From Flavobacteriales bacterium (GTDB taxonomy: Bacteria > Bacteroidota > Bacteroidia > M30B66), in NCBI GenBank assembly GCA_040403315.1, contig JBBAKX010000006.1:12473-76472 (forward strand): a stretch of DNA of 64,000 nucleotides, in the 5' to 3' direction. Made by a program: the position numbers and the translations under genes. Every line of letters starts with the position of its first letter. The stretch's first letter is position 1. The notes below the pieces were generated by a model that saw only the letters and a program-made list of their open reading frames with translations, did not search any database and had not been told where the DNA came from. This document shows positions 9,917-20,530 of this stretch, in pieces.

Positions 9917-12442
9917 TTATTCGTTAGTAGGTTCAGTTTCAGGTGTTGCTTCTTCTCCACCCTGTTCTAATTGTGTGCCATCAATTTCCTCTTCTATTTC
10001 TTCTTCTTTCTCAACACAAGTAACAGCAGCAATCGATTGGGTGCCTTTTAAGTTGATGAGTCGAACACCTTGTGTTGCGCGACCTTGAACACGAAGATCC
10101 TCTATTGGAGTTCTAATAGTGATTCCACCGCGGGTGATGATCATCAAATCGTCTTCATCTTTCACGCCTAGGATGGCGATTAGATAACCGGTTTTTTCAG
10201 TAACGTTGATGGTTTTTACGCCTTTTCCACCACGGTTGGTGATTCGATATTCTTCAATTTCAGAGCGCTTTCCATAACCATTTTCAGAAACAACGAGCAC
10301 TTGTGTACTTGTAGTTTCAGCACAAACCATTCCTACCACTGCATCATTGTCGTCGGCTAATGTTACACCACGAACACCTGAGGCATTTCTTCCCATCGGA
10401 CGAACCTTGGCTTCAGGGAAACGAATAGCACGACCAGATTTAAGTGCCATCATGATTTCACAAGTACCATTGGTCAATTTTGCTTCAAGCAACTTTTCAC
10501 CTTCACGCACAGTGATTGCATTGATACCGTTTGTTCTCGGACGGCTATATGCTTCAAGGGAAGTCTTTTTGATAGTTCCCTTGTTGGTACACATGATAAT
10601 AAAATTATTGTTGATGTATTCTTCTTCTGAAAGACTTGTTACATTAACATAAGCCACAACTTTATCATCTGGTGGAATATTGATCAAATTCTGAATCGCT
10701 CTTCCTTTTGATGTTTTTGAACCTTCAGGAACTTCAAATGCACGCATCCAGAAACAACGGCCATTTTGAGTAAAGAATAACAGATAATTATGCGTTGTGG
10801 CAGTGAACAAATGTTCAAGGAAGTCTTCGTCTCTTGTGTTGGAGCCTAGCGAACCTTTTCCGCCACGTTTTTGCGTACGGTACTCGTTTAGGTTTGTACG
10901 CTTGATATAACCCATGTGCGAAACTGTTATCACGCAAGGTTCGTCGGCGATCAAATCTTCGATTCTTTGGTCATCGGCGTCGTAAACTATTTGAGTACGA
11001 CGTTGATCAGAGTATTTTTCTTTAATTTCAAATAGCTCGTCTTTGATGATCTGCATTCTCAAACCTTCATCTGCCAAGATCGACTTCAAATAATCGATCG
11101 TCTTCATAAGTTCTGCGTATTCATCACGGATTTTATCTCTTTCGAGACCGGTTAAACGCTGAAGGGTAAGATTCAGAATTGCTCTTGATTGAATTTCTGA
11201 CAAACCGAAAGATTCCATCAAACCTTCGCGCGCATCATCTGGTGTTCTGCTTGCACGAATAAGTGTGATGATTGCATCAAGATTGTCTAGTGCAATCAGG
11301 AATCCTTCAAGAATATGCGCTCTTTTTTCTGCTTGTTCTAGATCGAATTTCGTTCTTCGCACTACCACATCGTGGCGGTGATCAACGAACGCAGATATAA
11401 GTTGTTTTACATTTAACAGCTCAGGACGACCATTAACAAGACAAATATTATTGACTGAGAATGAAGACTGTAACTGAGTGTATTTGAATAGATTATTTAA
11501 AACGACATTGGTAATTGAATCGCGTTTTAATTCATAAACGATACGCATCCCATCACGGTCTGATTCATCACGTAGATCTGAAATTCCTTCCAGTTTCTTA
11601 TCGTTGATAAGTTCTGCCGTTTTGCGGATCATTTCGGCTTTGTTAACCATGTAAGGGATCTCTGTAACGATAATCCTTTCGCGGCCATTTTCAACCTGTT
11701 CAATCTCGGTTCGTGCGCGCATGACAACACGTCCACGTCCGGTTTCTAAAGCTTCTCTAACTCCTTCGTAACCATAAATGATACCTCCAGTTGGGAAATC
11801 TGGGGCTTTCACATGCTGAATGAGTTCTGAAAGTGTTATTTCTCTGTTTTCAATGAATGCAATTGTTCCGTCGATAACCTCACCCAGATGGTGTGGGGGC
11901 ATATTAGTTGCCATTCCGACTGCAATACCTGAAGCTCCGTTAATAAGGAGATTCGGAATTTTAGAAGGAAGTACTGTTGGTTCTTCAAGAGAATCGTCGA
12001 AGTTTAAACGGAAATCGACAGTATTCTTGTCGATATCTGCCAACATTTCCTCTGCGATCTTCTTTAAACGCGCTTCAGTGTAACGCATCGCTGCAGGGCT
12101 ATCGCCATCTACAGATCCAAAGTTACCTTGACCATCTACTAATGGATAACGTAAAGACCACTCTTGCGCCATACGCACCATAGTGTCATAAACAGAAGAG
12201 TCACCATGTGGGTGATATTTTCCGAGAACTTCTCCGACAATCCTTGCAGATTTCTTGTGCGCTCTGTTCGACATTACGCCAAGCTCCTGCATTCCGAAGA
12301 GAACCCTTCTGTGAACTGGCTTCAAACCATCTCGCACATCAGGAAGTGCACGTGACACAATGACCGACATCGAATAATCGATGTAAGCCGTTTTCATTTC
12401 TTCTTCTATATTGATCGGTATGATCTTTTCTCCGTCTGCCAT
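9917..12442 (-). CDS. gyrA: DNA gyrase subunit A
   Basis: 841 aa. It carries the [10 protein letters not shown] active-site region, a GyrA box-like C-terminal beta-pinwheel and an acidic C-terminal tail. Confidence 0.95.
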   Translation of the reverse strand: MADGEKIIPINIEEEMKTAYIDYSMSVIVSRALPDVRDGLKPVHRRVLFGMQELGVMSNRAHKKSARIVGEVLGKYHPHGDSSVYDTMVRMAQEWSLRYPLVDGQGNFGSVDGDSPAAMRYTEARLKKIAEEMLADIDKNTVDFRLNFDDSLEEPTVLPSKIPNLLINGASGIAVGMATNMPPHHLGEVIDGTIAFIENREITLSELIQHVKAPDFPTGGIIYGYEGVREALETGRGRVVMRARTEIEQVENGRERIIVTEIPYMVNKAEMIRKTAELINDKKLEGISDLRDESDRDGMRIVYELKRDSITNVVLNNLFKYTQLQSSFSVNNICLVNGRPELLNVKQLISAFVDHRHDVVVRRTKFDLEQAEKRAHILEGFLIALDNLDAIITLIRASRTPDDAREGLMESFGLSEIQSRAILNLTLQRLTGLERDKIRDEYAELMKTIDYLKSILADEGLRMQIIKDELFEIKEKYSDQRRTQIVYDADDQRIEDLIADEPCVITVSHMGYIKRTNLNEYRTQKRGGKGSLGSNTRDEDFLEHLFTATTHNYLLFFTQNGRCFWMRAFEVPEGSKTSKGRAIQNLINIPPDDKVVAYVNVTSLSEEEYINNNFIIMCTNKGTIKKTSLEAYSRPRTNGINAITVREGEKLLEAKLTNGTCEIMMALKSGRAIRFPEAKVRPMGRNASGVRGVTLADDNDAVVGMVCAETTSTQVLVVSENGYGKRSEIEEYRITNRGGKGVKTINVTEKTGYLIAILGVKDEDDLMIITRGGITIRTPIEDLRVQGRATQGVRLINLKGTQSIAAVTCVEKEEEIEEEIDGTQLEQGGEEATPETEPTNE

Positions 12443-12612
12443 AAATTCATTTTAACCGTTGATGCACGATTGTTGTTAAGCTGTTATCAAAATCAAGCAG
12501 CGAAGATAATTAAAACCATTTCGTTGTTCCTAAAGAGGGCTAATGAGTATTAACAAAATTCTGTTTGAAATTAACAATCGATTGATGATTGACAGATCGA
12601 CAGTCCGATATT

Positions 12613-12650
12613 TTTGTATGCACCACGCTGAAGGACTTTTTCTATATTTG
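12613..12650 (+). promoter_or_regulatory. candidate promoter of clpC (-7 TATATTTG at 12643-12650; upstream TTTG at 12613-12616)
   Basis: There is a perfect TAnnTTTG -7 motif 31 nt upstream of the clpC ATG. The TTTG-to-TA spacing is 26 nt, longer than the consensus, so the -33 assignment is uncertain. Confidence 0.35.
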
Positions 12651-12680
12651 AGAAATCCTGACGCCTAACCAAACCACTAC

Positions 12681-15230
12681 ATGGAAGCGAGATTTTCACC
12701 GCGAGTTAAAGACGTGATTTCCTACAGCAGAGAGGAAGCACTAAGATTAGGCCATGACTATATGGGTGTAGAACACCTACTTCTAGGAATTATCCGCGAA
12801 GGTGAAGGCATGGCAATTAAAATTCTGAAAAATCTGAAGGTTGATATCTCAGAATTGAAAAAAACGATCGAATCTTCAATTAAGGTTTCTTCAGGCAAGT
12901 CTCTAAATCTAAACCAAATTCCTTTGGTAAAGCAAGCAGAGAAAGCCTTAAAGGTCACTTATCTTGAAGCCAGATTATTCAAAACTACATTAATTGGTAC
13001 CGAGCATCTTCTACTTGCCATTTTGAAGGATGAAGAAAATATCGTTACTAAAACATTGGAACGTTACCAGGTTGATTACGGAACTGTTCGCGATGAATTG
13101 AAAAATTTGTTAACCGAAGAACCTCGAGCTCAGGCTTCGAACAACCCACTCGACGATGACAATGATGACGATGGCGGAACATTCGGTGGCAGCGGCGGAA
13201 CCAAAAAAGTCTCGGACTCCAAATCAAAAACTCCAGTTTTAGATAACTTTGGTCGCGACTTAACCAAAGCGGCTGATGAAGGAAAATTAGATCCAATTGT
13301 TGGTCGCGAGAAAGAAATCGAGCGCGTGTCGCAAATTCTTTCCCGTAGAAAAAAGAACAATCCAATATTAATTGGAGAGCCTGGTGTTGGTAAATCTGCA
13401 ATTGCAGAAGGCCTTGCCCTTCGGATCGTTCAGAAAAAAGTATCACGTGTTCTTTTTGATAAACGTGTAATTACTTTGGATTTAGCTTCTTTGGTAGCCG
13501 GAACTAAGTATCGCGGTCAGTTTGAAGAACGCATGAAAGCCGTTTTGAATGAATTGGAAAAATCTCCTGATGTTATTCTTTTCATTGATGAGATTCATAC
13601 CATAGTTGGTGCTGGAGGGGCAAGTGGCTCACTTGATGCTTCGAATATGTTTAAGCCAGCTTTGGCACGTGGAGAAATTCAATGTATTGGAGCTACAACA
13701 CTCGATGAATACCGTCAGTATATTGAAAAAGATGGAGCGCTGGAGCGTAGATTCCAAAAGGTTATTGTTGATCCAACTTCTGAAGAGGAGACTTTCCAGA
13801 TTCTCAATAACATCAAGTCAAAATATGAGGATCACCACAATGTGATTTACACGCCAGAAGCATTAAAGGCATGCGTTACTTTAACTCAGCGCTATGTTTC
13901 AGATCGACATCTTCCAGACAAAGCGATTGATGCATTAGATGAAGCAGGTTCTCGAGTTCACATCACTAATATACATGTACCTCAAACCATACTAGATATT
14001 GAAGCAAAAATCGAGGAGATAAAAGCTGAAAAAATCCAGGTAGTTAAAAGTCAGAAGTACGAGGAAGCCGCACGTTTGCGTGATAAAGAAAAGCAACTCA
14101 TCGAACAACTTGATGCTGCAAAGAAAGCTTGGGAAGAAGATACCAGAAACAATCGTCAAACTGTTACTGAGGACAATGTTGCCGAAGTAGTAGCCATGAT
14201 GACTGGTGTACCAACACAGCGTATTGCTCAAAACGAGAGCTCACGTTTGGTTAAAATGTATGATGAGATCCAAGGCAAAGTAATCGGTCAAGACGATGCT
14301 ATACGCAAAGTAGTTAAAGCGATTCAAAGAAATCGTGCAGGTCTTAAAGATCCGAATCGTCCTATTGGTTCATTCATTTTTCTCGGTCCTACAGGTGTTG
14401 GTAAAACTCAATTAGCAAAAATTCTATCCAAATATTTGTTCGACAATGATGATGCTTTGATCAGAATTGACATGAGCGAGTACATGGAGAAATTCGCGGT
14501 AAGTAGATTGATTGGAGCGCCTCCAGGATATGTTGGTTATGAAGAAGGTGGTCAGTTAACTGAGAAAGTTCGGAGAAAGCCATATTCTGTTATCCTTTTA
14601 GATGAAATTGAGAAAGCTCACCCTGATGTTTTCAATTTATTGCTCCAAGTTTTAGACGATGGTCAATTGACTGATAGCTTAGGTCGTAAAATCGATTTCA
14701 AGAATGCGATCATCATTATGACTTCCAATATTGGTTCTCGTCAATTGAAAGACTTTGGACAAGGTGTTGGTTTCTCAACGGGTGCGAAAGTAGCTTCTGC
14801 TTCAGATCACGAAAAAGGTGTTGTTGAAGGCGCCTTAAAGAAAGCATTTGCACCAGAATTCTTGAACCGTGTTGATGATGTGATCATGTTCAATTCACTT
14901 TCTAAGGAAAACATCAATAACATTATTGATATCGAATTGGCTCAGCTTTATAAGCGCATCGAAAATATGGGCTATAAAATTAAGCTTGAAGACAGTGCGC
15001 GAGAGTATATTGTAGACAAAGGTTTCGATGCTAATTTTGGTGCGCGTCCATTAAAGCGTGCTATTCAGAAATATGTAGAAGATCCATTGGCGGAACATAT
15101 TATCAGTGCAAATCTTCAAGAAGGCGACAGTATCAACCTAGCATTCGATGACGAGAAAAAAGAGATCGTTGTGAAGATTGTTAAAGGAAAGAAGAAGAAA
15201 AAGTCTGAAGATCAGGCAGAATCGGAATAA
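12681..15230 (+). CDS. clpC: ATP-dependent Clp protease ATP-binding subunit ClpC (Clp/Hsp100 family)
   Basis: 849 aa. It has a duplicated Clp N-domain, two AAA+ modules (Walker A GEPGVGKS and GPTGVGKT) and a UVR-like linker motif (EEAARLRDKEKQL). Confidence 0.9.
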   Translation: MEARFSPRVKDVISYSREEALRLGHDYMGVEHLLLGIIREGEGMAIKILKNLKVDISELKKTIESSIKVSSGKSLNLNQIPLVKQAEKALKVTYLEARLFKTTLIGTEHLLLAILKDEENIVTKTLERYQVDYGTVRDELKNLLTEEPRAQASNNPLDDDNDDDGGTFGGSGGTKKVSDSKSKTPVLDNFGRDLTKAADEGKLDPIVGREKEIERVSQILSRRKKNNPILIGEPGVGKSAIAEGLALRIVQKKVSRVLFDKRVITLDLASLVAGTKYRGQFEERMKAVLNELEKSPDVILFIDEIHTIVGAGGASGSLDASNMFKPALARGEIQCIGATTLDEYRQYIEKDGALERRFQKVIVDPTSEEETFQILNNIKSKYEDHHNVIYTPEALKACVTLTQRYVSDRHLPDKAIDALDEAGSRVHITNIHVPQTILDIEAKIEEIKAEKIQVVKSQKYEEAARLRDKEKQLIEQLDAAKKAWEEDTRNNRQTVTEDNVAEVVAMMTGVPTQRIAQNESSRLVKMYDEIQGKVIGQDDAIRKVVKAIQRNRAGLKDPNRPIGSFIFLGPTGVGKTQLAKILSKYLFDNDDALIRIDMSEYMEKFAVSRLIGAPPGYVGYEEGGQLTEKVRRKPYSVILLDEIEKAHPDVFNLLLQVLDDGQLTDSLGRKIDFKNAIIIMTSNIGSRQLKDFGQGVGFSTGAKVASASDHEKGVVEGALKKAFAPEFLNRVDDVIMFNSLSKENINNIIDIELAQLYKRIENMGYKIKLEDSAREYIVDKGFDANFGARPLKRAIQKYVEDPLAEHIISANLQEGDSINLAFDDEKKEIVVKIVKGKKKKKSEDQAESE

Positions 15231-15249
15231 TCTTACTCATATAAAACTA

Positions 15250-15284
15250 AAAATCCCCCAAGAAGAAATTCAAGGGGGATTTTT
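15250..15284. terminator. bidirectional rho-independent terminator (10-bp stem AAAATCCCCC/GGGGGATTTT)
   Basis: A perfect 10-bp stem (15250-15259 / 15274-15283) is flanked by A- and T-runs. It lies between the convergent clpC gene and the outer-membrane protein gene. Confidence 0.7.
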
Positions 15285-15302
15285 AGTTTTAGTTAATTTG
15301 GA

Positions 15303-16019
15303 TCAATCGATTCTTTTTAGCGACCAGGTAAATCCAAGAGAAATATTGAAATATCCGATTTCTGCGTCTAACTGATCTTGAGTGTAACTCAATATTCCAT
15401 TGTTGAGTCCTATTTTGTCTGGACTGAAATACCCGAAAACATGTGTATAAGATGCAGAAATGTTTAATCCTAGATAATCTTCAAAAAAATAGCTGAATTG
15501 AATTCTGGGCTCAATAAAATTAGTCTTGAAATTCGCGGCCTTTTTATCTCCTTTAAAATCATTTCTAAATTGAGTGTATAAACCAAAGCTTTTACCTGCA
15601 CCTAGCCCCATTGAGAAAAATGAATAGTTACCGACCCAATTCACTCTTTCAAAAAACAACCCAGGTGATACAAGATTCATCGTTGTTCTAGTATCATAAA
15701 CTAATCCATCGATAATTGTATCTAATACATTTACAAACCTAGGCCTGACTTGAAATCCCGAATATTTAAGTTGTGCCGAAGTTCTGAAACGCCTCCCTAA
15801 TCCGAAATTGAAGTTTAATTTTACATCTCCAAGCGAATTGAAATTTACACGAAGAGCTTCTGGTGTAGCTAATGAAGAAATTCCACCTTCAAGACCAATT
15901 GTGAAAGGAAGTTTTCGCTGTTCCACTGGCTTATCTTCATCCTGAGCAGATGCAACAGAATTCGACAGCATCAACGCAGTGAATAGAATTACAGAAAAAC
16001 CAAGGGAGCCGCGTTTCAT
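15303..16019 (-). CDS. outer-membrane beta-barrel protein (hypothetical)
   Basis: A signal peptide (MKRGSLGFSVILFTALMLSNSVASAQ) is followed by an alternating amphipathic beta-strand pattern and a C-terminal aromatic residue. Confidence 0.5.
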   Translation of the reverse strand: MKRGSLGFSVILFTALMLSNSVASAQDEDKPVEQRKLPFTIGLEGGISSLATPEALRVNFNSLGDVKLNFNFGLGRRFRTSAQLKYSGFQVRPRFVNVLDTIIDGLVYDTRTTMNLVSPGLFFERVNWVGNYSFFSMGLGAGKSFGLYTQFRNDFKGDKKAANFKTNFIEPRIQFSYFFEDYLGLNISASYTHVFGYFSPDKIGLNNGILSYTQDQLDAEIGYFNISLGFTWSLKRID

Positions 16020-16831
16020 TATTTTTCGGTTTGAGCAGCTACCATGGCAGCGTTTATTCCCATGTTTGAGAAGCCTCCATCATGAAATAGATTTTGCATG
16101 GTTACCATTTTGGTGTAATCGGAGAACAACGACAAACAATAATTTGCACAATCAACCGCACTTGCATTTCCTAGTGGCGACATGCTATCGGAATAATTAT
16201 AAAATTCTTTGAAACCAGGAACTCCGCTACCTGCGGTTGTCCAAGTTGGCGATTGTGAAATCGTATTGACACGAACTTTCTTGGCTTTTCCATAATGGAA
16301 ACCAAAACTACGTGCAACTGATTCGAGCATTGCTTTGGCTTCTGCCATGTCGCTATAATCTGGGAATGTGCGTTGAGCGGCTATGTAGCTAAGCGCAACA
16401 ACCGAAGCCCATTCGTTTAATGCATCGAGTTTGTAAGCTGCTTGAAGTACACGGTGTAACGACATTGCAGAAACATCTATTGTTTTGTGAAAGAAATCAT
16501 AATTCAAATCGGTGTATGGTCTAGCCTTTCTAACGTTTGGCGACATTCCGATCGAGTGAAGAACAAAATCAATTTTACCTCCGAGAATTTCCGTTGCAGA
16601 GGAAAAAAGCTTTGTTAAGTCTTCATCGGAAGTAGCATCTGCAGGAATGATTTGGGCATTACATTTCTCTGCCAATTTATTTATTTCACCCATGCGCATG
16701 GCAATTGGTGCATTGGTTAAAACGAAGATTGCGCCTTCTTCTGCGGCACGTTCAGCAACTTTCCAAGCAATACTTTGCTCGTCTAGAGCTCCGAAAATAA
16801 TCCCTCGTTTTCCTTTTAACAACTGTGTCAT
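16019..16831 (-). CDS. fabI: enoyl-[acyl-carrier-protein] reductase (NADH), FabI-type SDR
   Basis: The N-terminus GKRGIIFGALDEQSIAWKVAE and the SDR fold with a Y…K active site are FabI-like. The product is 270 aa. Confidence 0.85.
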   Translation of the reverse strand: MTQLLKGKRGIIFGALDEQSIAWKVAERAAEEGAIFVLTNAPIAMRMGEINKLAEKCNAQIIPADATSDEDLTKLFSSATEILGGKIDFVLHSIGMSPNVRKARPYTDLNYDFFHKTIDVSAMSLHRVLQAAYKLDALNEWASVVALSYIAAQRTFPDYSDMAEAKAMLESVARSFGFHYGKAKKVRVNTISQSPTWTTAGSGVPGFKEFYNYSDSMSPLGNASAVDCANYCLSLFSDYTKMVTMQNLFHDGGFSNMGINAAMVAAQTEK

Positions 16832-16867
16832 ATTTAGATTATTGATGTGGTAAAATTAGACAAATCT

Positions 16868-18529
16868 TTAGTCCTTGATTTTCAGAAGTGCTTTTGCATT
16901 GGATCTTGCAGCATCGGAGAGCTTTTTTCCACTCAACATTCCGGCAATTTCATCAATTCGTTGTTCTTTTGATAGCCGACTTATCCGAGTTTCTGTGGAA
17001 TTTTCGTCGCCTGTTTTTGACACTTTCAAATGGTCGGACCCTTTGGATGCAATTTGAGGCAAGTGTGTGATAGAGATAACTTGCATAGCCTTCCCCATTT
17101 CGTGAAGCATCTCCCCCATTCCATCGGCAATTGCACCAGAAACACCTGTATCGATTTCATCGAAGATTATAGTCGGTAAGGCAACTGATGATGCCATTAT
17201 TTTTTTCAAACAGAGCATTAACCGGGAAAGTTCACCGCCTGATGCTACTTTTGATATTTCAGCTGGTATTGAGCCTTTGTTGGCACTAAATAGAATCCGA
17301 ACCTCATCCTTTCCATTGCTGTCGAAATGTTCTTTTTCGATTGCTTCAATTTTAAGCGAGGCCGATGGCATACCTAATGAACCTAGCAAGCCGATTAAGT
17401 CCATTTCCAGATTACCTGAAATTTGGTTTCTTTTCTGATGCAAATCGGCTGCAAGCTGCTTCATTAAATTGAATTCGTTGTCTACATCTTTTTGCTGTTC
17501 TTCAATTTTAGAGGATAGATTTCCTGCTTCAGTTAATCGAACTTCAAGCTGATTTTGAAGTGAAATCAATTCTTCCTCTGTATTAAATCTGTGTTTTTGA
17601 ATCAAGCGGTTGATTGTATCTATACGATTAGAAAGTACTTCGATTTTAGCTGGATCAGACTCACACTTATCGTTTTCACGGTTTAGGTCGAAAACGAGGT
17701 CTTTAAAATCGAGCAACATTGATTGGGCTCGATCTAATATCTGCTCAGCACTTGAATTAAATCGAGCAGCTTGCTTAAGGCTATTGTTGAATTTGTTAAT
17801 CAGGGTAATTAACCCATCTGTTTCAGCTTCTGCTATTTGTATTGATTGTTCAAGGTGAATTCTAATTTCGGATGCGTTACTTAATGTTTGAAAAAGATCT
17901 TCTGCTTTTTGGAGTTCACCTGCAATTAAATTGGCTTCTTGAAGTTCATTTAATTGAAAGCTAAGGTAGTCTTTCTCTTGACTAATTCTAGCGTCCTGAT
18001 CAATAAGTTGCCGCAACAACTGTTCTTTCTTTTTCCATCTATAATAAACCTCCCCATAGTTTTTTCGGAGGTTCACACAATCGGCGGGGCCATCGATAAG
18101 TTGAATTCGAAACGCTGCATTGTTGAGCAGCAAAGTATCGTGTTGAGAATGAATATCAATCAGCGCAGCCCCTAGCATTTTTAATTGCTGAAGGTTTACC
18201 GGCGTGTCGTTTATGAAAGCGCGCGATTTTCCAGCCTGACTAATTTCTCTTCGAATAATGCATTCGGGCTCTTCATCTAAATCATTGTCGAGGAAGAAAC
18301 TTTTTAGATCATATCCTTTGATATTGAATCTCGCTTCAATGATACACTTTGATTCAGGATCTCGAAGTATCGAAGCTTCCGCACGATCTCCAAGAATTAA
18401 ATGAATTGCACCTAATAAGATAGATTTCCCAGCTCCTGTTTCTCCAGTAATTATTGTGAATCCCTTCCGGAAATCTAGATCGAGTTCTCGAATTAGAGCA
18501 AAATTGCGGATAGATAATTTTTGAAGCAC
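16868..18529 (-). CDS. recN: DNA repair protein RecN
   Basis: 553 aa, SMC-like. It has an N-terminal Walker A (ITGETGAGKSIL), a long coiled coil, and a C-terminal signature/Walker B region. Confidence 0.9.
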   Translation of the reverse strand: MLQKLSIRNFALIRELDLDFRKGFTIITGETGAGKSILLGAIHLILGDRAEASILRDPESKCIIEARFNIKGYDLKSFFLDNDLDEEPECIIRREISQAGKSRAFINDTPVNLQQLKMLGAALIDIHSQHDTLLLNNAAFRIQLIDGPADCVNLRKNYGEVYYRWKKKEQLLRQLIDQDARISQEKDYLSFQLNELQEANLIAGELQKAEDLFQTLSNASEIRIHLEQSIQIAEAETDGLITLINKFNNSLKQAARFNSSAEQILDRAQSMLLDFKDLVFDLNRENDKCESDPAKIEVLSNRIDTINRLIQKHRFNTEEELISLQNQLEVRLTEAGNLSSKIEEQQKDVDNEFNLMKQLAADLHQKRNQISGNLEMDLIGLLGSLGMPSASLKIEAIEKEHFDSNGKDEVRILFSANKGSIPAEISKVASGGELSRLMLCLKKIMASSVALPTIIFDEIDTGVSGAIADGMGEMLHEMGKAMQVISITHLPQIASKGSDHLKVSKTGDENSTETRISRLSKEQRIDEIAGMLSGKKLSDAARSNAKALLKIKD

Positions 18530-18674
18530 AAGCCAAATTTACGTTGGTAATTTCCTGTTGATACGGTTTGTGGAAATGAGTTTCTGACAGATATTTTAAC
18601 ATACTTGTTCGTAACCTACTTCGATGAGATTTCTTGGTAATTGATTGGGTATTCTTTTCTTTGTGCCCATCCAG

Positions 18675-19310
18675 ATGCAATCGATCCAATTAAAACTTAT
18701 TCAAGGCGAAAGTCAGACCGTTGAATTCAAATTCGAATTGAATTCCGCCCGAAGAATTGCTGCCACACTTTCTGCTTTTGCAAATACAGATGGAGGAACA
18801 TTGTTGGTTGGTGTAAAAGACAACGGCAGTGTTGCGGGCATCCGACTTGAGGAAGAATTGTATGTTTTGGATGCTGCGGCAATTATCTATTGCAATCCTC
18901 CGATACAATTGGAGAATAGGCGTCATGATATTCAAGGAAAAATGGTGCTTGAATCGGTGATTAAACCTGCATCAAATAAGCCTGTTCTTGCCGAAACAGA
19001 ACCGGGTAATTGGAAAGCTTGGGTTCGATATGGTGCATCGAATCGACTTGCTTCCTTGATTCATTTAGAATTGTGGAGGATGAACGAAAATAACCAACGA
19101 CCATCGGTTTATTCAACCAAAGAACAAAAGTTGATTTCTGCATTCAACGACAAAAAGTGGCTCACATTGAATCAGGCAGTAAGATTTTCGAAGATGCCTC
19201 GACACGAAGTTGTTCGCACTCTTGCAAGTTTTGTTCGTTGGAATATCGCTGAGATGACGCCCGAAGAGGCTGGTGGTTTTGTTTTTGGGATGATTGAAGA
19301 AAGTTTTTAA
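18675..19310 (+). CDS. AlbA_2 / Schlafen-like 'divergent AAA' putative DNA-binding domain protein
   Basis: The segment GESQTVEFKFELNSARRIAATLSAFANTDGGTLLVGVKDNGSVAGI matches the AlbA_2 (DUF4062/Schlafen-type) domain. It is followed by an HTH-like C-terminus. The ORF extends to 18645, and the internal ATG at 18675 is preferred as the start. Confidence 0.6.
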   Translation: MQSIQLKLIQGESQTVEFKFELNSARRIAATLSAFANTDGGTLLVGVKDNGSVAGIRLEEELYVLDAAAIIYCNPPIQLENRRHDIQGKMVLESVIKPASNKPVLAETEPGNWKAWVRYGASNRLASLIHLELWRMNENNQRPSVYSTKEQKLISAFNDKKWLTLNQAVRFSKMPRHEVVRTLASFVRWNIAEMTPEEAGGFVFGMIEESF

Positions 19311-19499
19311 TAGGTTAAAAATTGTTTTTCTTCAAAGATCGGAAGTGAACTCAATGCAACTATAATCTTTCGATATATTACTGAACCTGAAATAAATTGC
19401 TGATACTGCTTCTACTGTTATTGCAGGTAAAGCACTTTTCAATTCACGAAAACCGATTCTTTTTTATTACCGTTCAGTCAATTGAAAAATAGATTGGCT

Positions 19500-19856
19500 T
19501 TAGAGTAAGCTGTTTAGATTATTCATCACTTCAGCTGCCAATTTTGGTGGTGCTACTGTGCAATAGGATGTTAGTAATGCATCTTGAAGAATTTCCTCAT
19601 TTATCTTCAATAGGTTAATGTGCGTCCATCCATGTTTACCCCATTTGTTTGGCACAGGATAAATGATTGTTTTATCGAACGCGCTAAATGCATATTGATC
19701 TGATTCGGTGAGCTTAATGGTCGCTCTATTCTCTTTTTGATTTAGTGTGGCGAATATCTTTTTCTTGATTTGAAACGAAGTATTTTCGGAATGAGGTGCT
19801 TCCGTTACTTGAGGAAATTTCATGGCTATAGCTCGAAATATGTCTGCTGAAATCAT
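19500..19856 (-). CDS. MmcQ/YjbR family DNA-binding protein
   Basis: The 118-aa product has the YjbR-like pattern (…FPQVTE…KKIFATL…HGWTHINL…). Confidence 0.55.
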   Translation of the reverse strand: MISADIFRAIAMKFPQVTEAPHSENTSFQIKKKIFATLNQKENRATIKLTESDQYAFSAFDKTIIYPVPNKWGKHGWTHINLLKINEEILQDALLTSYCTVAPPKLAAEVMNNLNSLL

Positions 19857-19910
19857 GGTAAATTTTATTTAGCCTACTTTTCTAATGTAGCTAATTATTG
19901 TAAGCCTCTA

Positions 19911-20530
19911 TCATGCATTGAATAAAAACACATCCATACAATTTGTCGAATCATGACCAATTGAGATTTCTTTACTCATCGAGGTATTTACCATTTTGTG
20001 CATTTCAATGAGTCGATCACTTTGCACTTTTTAGTTAAATGCGGGGTTGTTTATTCGATTATTTTCGGCTTGATGTTTAAAAGATTTTTGGGATTTATTG
20101 CTTTTTTTTAGTTGGGGAAGCTTCCCAATTCGATCCCCTTCCCAGTTGTAATTTCTGAAAAAATCAGATCGCTGTCAATCGCTTTTTATTATTAGCACCT
20201 TGAATTTATTCAAGCTGTTGTGAATAAAATCACATCCATACAATTTCTCAAAACATTCACTATTAAGATTTCTTTATTTACAGAGGCCTTCACGATTTTG
20301 TGTATTTCAATGAGTCGGTCATTTTGCACTTTTTCGTTAAATGCTTGGTCGTTTATTCGATTATTTGCGGCTTGATGTTTAAAACATTTTTTGGATTTAT
20401 TGCTGTTTTTTCGTTGAGGAAGCTTCCCAATGCGATCCCCTTCCCAGTTGTAATTTCTGAAAAAATTAATTTGCTGTCTACTTAAAAATATAGGTGAATT
20501 GGGAATTTATCCAAGTTGTGGTTTAAAACG
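19911..20530. repeat. imperfect tandem duplication of a ~310-bp non-coding unit (unit 1 ≈19911-20219, unit 2 ≈20221-20530, ~88% identity)
   Basis: By eye, the two units align along their full length, from tgaataaaaNcacatccatacaattt … to … gaatttatNcaagNtgttg. Each unit carries GGGAAGCTTCCC (20115-20126) or its 10-bp core (20418-20427), followed by CCCCTTCCCAGTTG. Confidence 0.8.

Noticed and set aside
13048-13446. 132-aa antisense ORF inside clpC
   Set aside because: clpC is strongly supported on the plus strand. The antisense product is low-complexity (H/R-rich) and looks like an artefact.
18354-18689. 111-aa minus-strand ORF overlapping the recN start and the AlbA_2 start
   Set aside because: It overlaps two better-supported genes on both sides, which makes it most likely spurious.
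20300-20485. 61-aa ORF inside tandem-repeat unit 2
   Set aside because: The homologous frame in unit 1 is interrupted after 8 codons (MSRSLCTF*), so the frame is not conserved between repeat copies and is judged non-coding.
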